Positions 57,896-64,000 of a stretch of 64,000 nt of DNA are shown piece by piece. Every line of letters starts with the position of its first letter. Within the stretch, counting starts at the first letter, position 1. The notes under the pieces were generated by a model that was given only the letters and a program-made list of their open reading frames with translations, did no database searches and was not told where the DNA came from. Source of the stretch: Nitrospirales bacterium (GTDB lineage Bacteria > Nitrospirota > Nitrospiria > Nitrospirales > UBA8639); assembly GCA_965223295.1 (NCBI GenBank), contig CBDCWC010000003.1:128001-192000 (forward strand), given 5' to 3'. Made by a program: the position numbers and the translations under genes.

Positions 57896-58456
57896 TTAAA
57901 ATCCAATCCCAATACCGACACCACCGCCGACACCGCCACCTATGCCTCCTCCACCAAATATACCATAGCGCGGGCCGGGAGATGCGGGTTGGTTGATTTC
58001 AGCTTCCGGCCAAACATGTAAATGTTTGACCTGCAAGGTTGGATAGCGATATTCCATCTCATCAAGATTGGCACTCGTGACGCCTGAGATTTCACCCACA
58101 AGCGTCACCCGGGTACTGGCAGGAAGAGTTGCAGGATCCAGAAAAGCTGATTCTAACGCGAGAAATCGGCCTTCCGAAGTCGTCCGATCAAGAACAGGTT
58201 CTTGCGAATCATCTAACGGGAGATGCAAGATTTCAAGCCGGGTCCCATTAGCAAGACGTTTCGCAGAAAGCACTTCGCCTCCCAAAAGTACCACAGAACC
58301 TTGATGGACAGTTGGGTCCTCAAGAATTTCTGGAAAAGTTAGGGCTGGATCAATAACCTCTTTGAAGCTCTCAGGGACGACATCTGGACCAGACGCACAG
58401 CCAGCTCCAAACAGCAAAAGAACACTTAACAGCAATCCAAACATGTGAGTATGCAT
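57896..58456 (-). CDS. Slp-family outer-membrane lipoprotein
   Basis: Lipobox GAG-C; LGGEVL, GRFLA...FLDPA, YRYP...LHVW; Gly-rich tail. Confidence 0.88.
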   Translation of the reverse strand: MHTHMFGLLLSVLLLFGAGCASGPDVVPESFKEVIDPALTFPEILEDPTVHQGSVVLLGGEVLSAKRLANGTRLEILHLPLDDSQEPVLDRTTSEGRFLALESAFLDPATLPASTRVTLVGEISGVTSANLDEMEYRYPTLQVKHLHVWPEAEINQPASPGPRYGIFGGGGIGGGVGGGVGIGIGF

Positions 58457-58582
58457 GAAAAGCCCTATTAGATCTGAGAAACTCTGGCCTCAGCACGATT
58501 CCCGTCAGAGACGAAGAAATCTATAAAAACAAGAGAAAATAAATGGAAAGAAACGAAAAGCTTAGATGAGGCAACTAACTCT

Positions 58583-58771
58583 TCAGTAAAGAGGCGCTTG
58601 AGGGCCAGGCCGTAATCCCACCAAATCTGGGTCTTCTCCATCGAGAACAGGACGCATTTCTTGGCTTTCAGCTTTCCGTTGCTCCCGACGAGCTTCTTTG
58701 TCTTGTTGCTTCATTCTTTTCATCATCTCCCGATTACGTTTGGCTTGAGTCACCTTGGCTGGGCGTCCCAT
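58583..58771 (-). CDS. Small basic hypothetical protein
   Basis: SD GAAAGGAGGT; KRNRE...KQQDK...RK and EDPDL.GL.PGPQ. Confidence 0.7.
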   Translation of the reverse strand: MGRPAKVTQAKRNREMMKRMKQQDKEARREQRKAESQEMRPVLDGEDPDLVGLRPGPQAPLY

Positions 58772-58963
58772 ATGTGACCTCCTTTCGTGAGTAAATCTTT
58801 AACGCATAGGCTTGTCTCTCAAAAAAGAGAAGTAACCACTACAGAAGAAAACCCTAATGTTTTCAATATAATCTTCCCAAAATAAACGCCTCAGACTAAC
58901 ACCCTCCTGAAGGGGAGTCAAATTGTCAAGATGTTGTGGGACAAGGAACTTTCATCACAGCTT

Positions 58964-59151
58964 GAGACGGTTGAATAATGATGATATCAGCGGCCACATC
59001 TAGTTTCTAAGACTTAACATGTAAGAGGCCTCGGTCTGTTCAAAAAAGTCCGCTCGCCTGCGCGAAGCCGCTTTCAGCCTTCGTAGCTACTGCGGCGAAG
59101 GAAACCCGGCGAAGGCAGGGAACGCAGCTGGCGGTTTTTTTCAACAGACCC
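58964..59151 (-). mobile_element. MITE copy 10 (188 bp, reverse; module B nested in module A)
   Basis: GAGACGGTTGAATAAT...TTCAACAGACCC; flanks AGCTT and AGTTT (1 mismatch). Confidence 0.88.
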
Positions 59152-59187
59152 AGTTTTCAAAACCACCATCTCAAGCATATCCCAACG

Positions 59188-59787
59188 TCACAGCTCCACT
59201 TCTTCACCTTTCGGAACCCATTCTTTGGCTAACCGCTTGGCGTCTTGAATCTGATCAGGGCGCAAGGCTTTCTCCAGAAAATCCAAAGCCAACACCGCCG
59301 GCTCTACACCCTGTTGAGCAGAAAGATACGCCCATTTATAGGCTTCAACCACATTTTTCTCGATGCCTTCACCTTCAAAATACATGAGCCCCAAATGATT
59401 TTGCGCTCCACCATTTCCTTGTTCCGCTGAGCGACGAAACCAGCGTAACGCCTCTTTATAATTTTGCTGCACTCCCAAACCTTGTCGGTACATCGCCCCC
59501 AGATTGTTTTGCGCCCTCGCGTGGCCCTGGTCTGCGGCTAATCGATACCAGTGATGCGCTTGTTCAAAATTCTGAGTCACTCCTTGCCCATACCGATACA
59601 TATATCCCAGCATGTTTTGTGCTTCGGCATTGCCACGTCCCGCCAAGGGCCGCCATTCTTCAAGAGCTCTTTCAAAATCTCCCTGCAGGTAGGCTTCTTC
59701 GCCAGCCAGAAAATTTCCCCATGCTGGAAGCGCCGTGACTACAAACCATAGAAGAAGAATGACCTTCACGTATCTCAGATATTTCAT
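59188..59787 (-). CDS. Sel1-like repeat protein (secreted)
   Basis: Three AQN.LG.MY..G.GV repeats; signal peptide. Confidence 0.93.
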   Translation of the reverse strand: MKYLRYVKVILLLWFVVTALPAWGNFLAGEEAYLQGDFERALEEWRPLAGRGNAEAQNMLGYMYRYGQGVTQNFEQAHHWYRLAADQGHARAQNNLGAMYRQGLGVQQNYKEALRWFRRSAEQGNGGAQNHLGLMYFEGEGIEKNVVEAYKWAYLSAQQGVEPAVLALDFLEKALRPDQIQDAKRLAKEWVPKGEEVEL

Positions 59788-59974
59788 ACGTCCTCTTGTC
59801 AGCTTCACCTCAAGTTCTCCCAACTCAGAGATACAACTGTTTTGGCGTCAGAATAACATCGTGTCCACTCTTATCAAACCGCAGCGCTGGATAATACTTC
59901 CAACATAAGGACTCTTATGTATTCTATCATAGTTCAGCATCAACACCGATACACATCAGAGTCAGTCCACCTGA

Positions 59975-61798
59975 CTACGATCTCCCAGAATAGGCTTGGC
60001 GATTCTCCTCAAGCTCGGCCCATCGGATATAAAGCTGTTCTAACTCCTGCTCCGTTTGCCTTAACGCTTCATAGACTTCTTGAAGGCGTAGATGATTCGC
60101 GGCAATCATTGGATCGTCTATCGTCGCACGACAAGCCGCACATTCCTCTTCAACTTGGAGAATACGTGCTTCCATCCCATCATATTCCCGTTGTTCCTTA
60201 AACGAAAGCTTCTTGGGCTTTGGCTCCCGTGGATCTCCATTGCCTCTAGTGGAAGAAGAGGTCTTTTGCTTCAAAGGAGTGTGCTGAGCGTTCAACCACG
60301 CCTCCCATTGAGCATATGTAGCGAAACTCCCAGACGCTCCCTTCCCATCGAGCCCAATAAATTCCGTACAGACTTTTTCCATCATGTAACGGTCGTGCGT
60401 AACTAAAATCAGCGCGCCGGGAAACTCCTTAAAACTTTCCTCAAGAGTCTCCCGGGTTTGAATATCCAAATCGTTTGTTGGCTCATCGACAATGAGTACG
60501 TCAGCGGGCGTTAACATAAATCGAGCTACCACGGCACGAGCTTGCTCGCCACCAGACAATAGCTTCACCGGCAACTCTAATTGTTCTGGTTGAAAACCGA
60601 ACCGCTTGGCCCAACCGGCTATATGAATAGTCTGTCCTCGATAGGTGACCGTATGGCCTGTATCCGAAAGTGCCCGTCGCAATGTCATCTTGAGATCCAA
60701 TTGTTCACGATTTTGATCAAAATAGACGACTTGTAGATGCTCGGCATATTTGACCGTCCCCTCATCGGGATCCAATTCTTTTGCTAACAGTTTGAGAAGT
60801 GTTGATTTGCCTGAGCCGTTATGGCCTAAGACTCCCAGGGCTTTACCTGGAGAAAGCATCACCTTAAGATTTTGAACGATACGGTGCGAACCGAATGCTT
60901 TTCGAAGTCCGGTGACTTCAATAAGCTGCCGGGTTTGTCGGCCTAAACCGACAAAATCTATTGCGACCTTCTGTTGACGTAAACGTGTGGCGGTTTCAGC
61001 TAATTCATTCTGTAAGGCATGGGCGGTCTCCACGCGATACTTAGCTTTCGTCGTCCGCGCCTTCGGACCCTGACGCAACCAGGCTTCTTCACGCCGAACT
61101 TTACCTGCCAAGGCTTGCGCCTGTTGCTCCTGTGTCTCGTGAAAGGCATCTCGTTTTTCCAAAAAATGTGAATATGTTCCCTCTACAGCGAAAAGACCTT
61201 CCACGTACCGACTATGTAGCTCTACCACTTTTCTTACGGTGCGATTTAAGAACCATCGATCATGACTGACGAGCGCCCACGCCCATGGAGCTTGCACGAG
61301 TAATTGCTCTAACCACTGCAGGCTGTCCAGGTCGAGATGATTTGTGGGTTCATCTAACAACATAACATCCGGATCCTGCATCAAGCCGCACGCAATCGCT
61401 AAACGTTTTTTCAATCCTCCTGACAAGGGACCGATCGGTTGGGCAATATCATCAAATCCAATACGCCCTGCGATTTCGTATATGCGAGCCTGGACTTCAT
61501 TGTCTGACAGACCAGAAGCGCGGACGCTCTGCTGCAGCACCGCACCCACTGTCATACCATCTGCAAACTCGTTGGCCTGAGGCACATAGACGACACGCAA
61601 ATGCTGGCGCCGTGTGACCTGCCCTTCATCCGGAGCTTCAAGCCCTGCAAAAATTTTTAAAAATGTGGATTTACCTGCCCCATTCGGACCAATAATCCCT
61701 ACCCGATCGTTCTCAGCAATCCCAAACGTGACGCCATGAAATAACTGTTGAGCCCCGAATGATTTTTGAATTTGTTGAGCGTAAATCAATGCCGACAT
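59975..61798 (-). CDS. ABC-F ATPase (Uup-like)
   Basis: Two ABC domains (GPNGAGKST, LSGG, LDEPTNHLD; GHNGSGKST, DEPTNDLD), PKARTTKAKYR linker, KLSFKEQRE C-terminal domain. Confidence 0.92.
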   Translation of the reverse strand: MSALIYAQQIQKSFGAQQLFHGVTFGIAENDRVGIIGPNGAGKSTFLKIFAGLEAPDEGQVTRRQHLRVVYVPQANEFADGMTVGAVLQQSVRASGLSDNEVQARIYEIAGRIGFDDIAQPIGPLSGGLKKRLAIACGLMQDPDVMLLDEPTNHLDLDSLQWLEQLLVQAPWAWALVSHDRWFLNRTVRKVVELHSRYVEGLFAVEGTYSHFLEKRDAFHETQEQQAQALAGKVRREEAWLRQGPKARTTKAKYRVETAHALQNELAETATRLRQQKVAIDFVGLGRQTRQLIEVTGLRKAFGSHRIVQNLKVMLSPGKALGVLGHNGSGKSTLLKLLAKELDPDEGTVKYAEHLQVVYFDQNREQLDLKMTLRRALSDTGHTVTYRGQTIHIAGWAKRFGFQPEQLELPVKLLSGGEQARAVVARFMLTPADVLIVDEPTNDLDIQTRETLEESFKEFPGALILVTHDRYMMEKVCTEFIGLDGKGASGSFATYAQWEAWLNAQHTPLKQKTSSSTRGNGDPREPKPKKLSFKEQREYDGMEARILQVEEECAACRATIDDPMIAANHLRLQEVYEALRQTEQELEQLYIRWAELEENRQAYSGRS

Positions 61799-61853
61799 AC
61801 TCGTTTCAACCCAGAACCTTCCCGAGAGACAAGATATTTTTCTGTTCCTCTTT

Positions 61854-62077
61854 GGGAGTGTTGAATAATGAAGTTATCAAAGGCCATATTTCTCCAGGAA
61901 GCCGTTCGACATCAACCACATCGGGACGGTTCAAAAATGTCGTCCAGCAAGGCCACAGCCATTCCCGGCCTTCGTAGCTCACTTCGGCGGAGTAGGCTTT
62001 GCGCGCGGAGCGTACTGGCACTACGTGAGCACGGGAAAAGGGCGAGAACGCTGCTGGCGGATTTTTTCAACAGGCCC
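61854..62077 (-). mobile_element. MITE copy 11 (224 bp, reverse, module B)
   Basis: GGGAGTGTTGAATAAT...TTCAACAGGCCC; perfect TSD TCTTT at 61849-61853 and 62078-62082. Confidence 0.9.
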
Positions 62078-62143
62078 TCTTTCTTTTTAGCCCTCCTCTT
62101 CCAGTACAATGGAGCAAACAGGTTCCATCAATGAGGTAACCGC

Positions 62144-62719
62144 ATGGGTATTGTTCTCTCCGAAGGTACAACCAGCTTTCACGTTCCCTATGGCCCGGCC
62201 ATCACTGATGGGAGCCTTGACGCTCGCTTTATTGATGTCAAAACCAACCCACAAATGATTCCCATACTGCCGCCCTGCATCGGATGGCCGGAAACACAGG
62301 AGCTGCTCACGCAGATCAACAAGCCACAGTCACCCTTTATGAGCCTGGCTGCCGATCAAAGTTATGCAAAAGGGCCTGACCCTAACCAACCTGTGATTTT
62401 GGTCTCGTTCGTGAGCCTCTGCTTTACCGAAATTTCACACAACGCCAAAGATTTACTCTCTGATCTCGTCACCTTCCTCCAAAAGCAAATGGATAATCTC
62501 CTACAAGACGTAAGCACCATACTTGATCATACCTTGGATTTGGAAATCATCTTAGAAATCCAACCCACGCAATTCCACCACCATCAAATTGAAGGTTGGA
62601 GCTTAACTGTCATGATGGTGTCTTCTGGACAAGACCATCATGCCGTTCGTGACACCTGGGGCTATGGCATCGCTGCCCTTATAGATGGGTTAAAGGCCTA
62701 TGGACCACAAGACAGCTGA
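62144..62719 (+). CDS. Hypothetical protein
   Basis: 191-aa ORF with SD GAGG, filling the gap between the MITE and a convergent gene. Confidence 0.7.
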   Translation: MGIVLSEGTTSFHVPYGPAITDGSLDARFIDVKTNPQMIPILPPCIGWPETQELLTQINKPQSPFMSLAADQSYAKGPDPNQPVILVSFVSLCFTEISHNAKDLLSDLVTFLQKQMDNLLQDVSTILDHTLDLEIILEIQPTQFHHHQIEGWSLTVMMVSSGQDHHAVRDTWGYGIAALIDGLKAYGPQDS

Positions 62720-62754
62720 GGCATTTCCACCTTCGTACGCGCTTTAATCCCACA

Positions 62755-63960
62755 TCACAACTCCGGCACCAGCGGCCAATGCAGCCGTTGAAGAATTCGA
62801 TTCCAAAAACTTTGGTAGGTTTCCTTTCCTTGTAACATGGCACAATATCGCTGAAGCACACGATGATAAGCACCGGGAAAACGTTGACCGGCCCAACGAT
62901 GCATCGATTGTGGCAGACCATACACAATCTTTCCCAATCGATCAGCCACACGAAATTCCGGCCCCAGTTCATCCTCCACAGCAACTTCATATTCGCTCAA
63001 CTGATGTGCAGCTGGATTGCGCCTCACCTGTGCTACCGTTTTCGCAGCCAATTGTCCTGACCAAACGGCATAATAAATACCCTCACCTAACAATGGATCA
63101 ACTAAATGCCCCGCATCCCCGACCAGCATGGCGCAACCATTGACGAGTTGACCGGACCAACCCGTGCCCTTTCGTAAAAGATGCGAAGTGGCAAGAGGAA
63201 GCGGATGTCCTAAGGGAGTGGAAATCTTCAAACCGGCTAAAGTCTGTTGTCGTTGAGTAAAATATTGAAAACTCTGTTTTGGGCGTTGAGTCCCCTTCAC
63301 AAATTCACCAAGACCCACTGAAAATCCATCTCGTTTTGGGAATATCCACCCGTAGCCTTTCTTGGCCGCTTGCAAACTAATCACAGCGACTGGCGGCTCT
63401 TGAGACGCATGCAGACTCGCTCCTTGCACTTCGCTTTCTAAAGCAGGAATAGTCCGCTGAGCTCGTCTCCCAAAACATTGTTGCGCAACGGTACTCATGA
63501 CACCATCAGCCCCAATGACCACACGGCCTCGATAACACCCCAACTCCGTACTTACTTCAACACCATCGCTCCCATTGACAATCTTTCCTACTGATTCTGC
63601 TTCATGAATTTCTGTGCCTGCTTGACGAGCTTTTTCGAGCAACCAATGATCAAAACGCGAGCGCATGACCATATAAGCAATGGGCTTCGATGATTCGATC
63701 AGAAAGGGTTCTGGAGTGCCACAGGCAAATTGCACGCGATAGACTGTTTTTTCTACAACGCTATGAAAATCTGCAGGAAGAACTCTCGCAATCCTGGCTG
63801 AAAGCCCACCTCCGCAGACTTTGTAACGGGGGTGCATCTGTTTATCAAACGCCAGCACAGAAAACCCCCGTTGACTCAACTCCAACGCAGCCGAAGCCCC
63901 GGCAGGCCCCATACCCACAACAATGACATCATACCGCTTGGGAAAAACTGCCACAGTCAT
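62755..63960 (-). CDS. Geranylgeranyl reductase family FAD-dependent oxidoreductase
   Basis: DVIVVGMGPAG, PRYKVCGGG, RSRFD, IGADG, GYGWIFPK, VGDAGHLVDPLLGEGIYYA. Confidence 0.93.
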   Translation of the reverse strand: MTVAVFPKRYDVIVVGMGPAGASAALELSQRGFSVLAFDKQMHPRYKVCGGGLSARIARVLPADFHSVVEKTVYRVQFACGTPEPFLIESSKPIAYMVMRSRFDHWLLEKARQAGTEIHEAESVGKIVNGSDGVEVSTELGCYRGRVVIGADGVMSTVAQQCFGRRAQRTIPALESEVQGASLHASQEPPVAVISLQAAKKGYGWIFPKRDGFSVGLGEFVKGTQRPKQSFQYFTQRQQTLAGLKISTPLGHPLPLATSHLLRKGTGWSGQLVNGCAMLVGDAGHLVDPLLGEGIYYAVWSGQLAAKTVAQVRRNPAAHQLSEYEVAVEDELGPEFRVADRLGKIVYGLPQSMHRWAGQRFPGAYHRVLQRYCAMLQGKETYQSFWNRILQRLHWPLVPEL

Positions 63961-64000
63961 TAAAGACCCCTATGCTCTGTCATGTATCTCACTTATGAGA

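Noticed and set aside
3783-62077. Dispersed repeats as a CRISPR array or attC cassette array
   Set aside because: They are kilobases apart, in both orientations and bounded by TSDs; no cas or integrase gene is in the window.
3749-62134. Recurring similar short ORFs (e.g. 3753-3956, 4703-4933, 4707-4889, 15122-15427, 23449-23682, 47575-47940, 61868-62134, 61912-62109) that look like a protein family
   Set aside because: They are translations of MITE copies in various frames and strands, with no consistent start, stop or SD.

Overview
64 kb of bacterial chromosome, probably Nitrospirota (inferred from the dispersed repeat family and protein styles, not proven). No rRNA, tRNA or CRISPR array was seen. 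Left part (1-25 kb) is a stress and carbon-uptake region: a HlyD adaptor, two NhaR-like LysR regulators, a tandem USP, a frameshifted sthA, a DAB inorganic-carbon pump operon (dabB, NuoM-like gene, dabA, P-II), two paralogous uncharacterised lipoproteins, and a heat-stress set (4 Hsp20, 2 DegP, YfdX). Middle part: CBS/MgtE/MscS-like genes and a glycogen-trehalose cluster (malQ, glgX, treZ, glgB, glgC, treY), interrupted by an IS200-like element, a decayed higBA and a duplicated treZ 3' end. Right part: CDF transporter, aldo-keto reductase, metY and a metX-metW fusion, SWIM-SNF2 helicase, cupredoxin, Slp, Sel1, ABC-F and a geranylgeranyl-reductase-family gene. The best signals are non-coding. 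(1) A MITE family with 11 copies, 5-bp target-site duplications and two alternative right ends. (2) Tiny 33-42 nt hairpin modules inserted without TSD at different sites inside those MITEs, one nested in another. (3) A CTTGAC-N15-NTTA promoter with identical spacing upstream of seven genes, mostly heat-stress genes. (4) A shared LysR-type promoter architecture in front of the HlyD gene and both lipoprotein paralogues.
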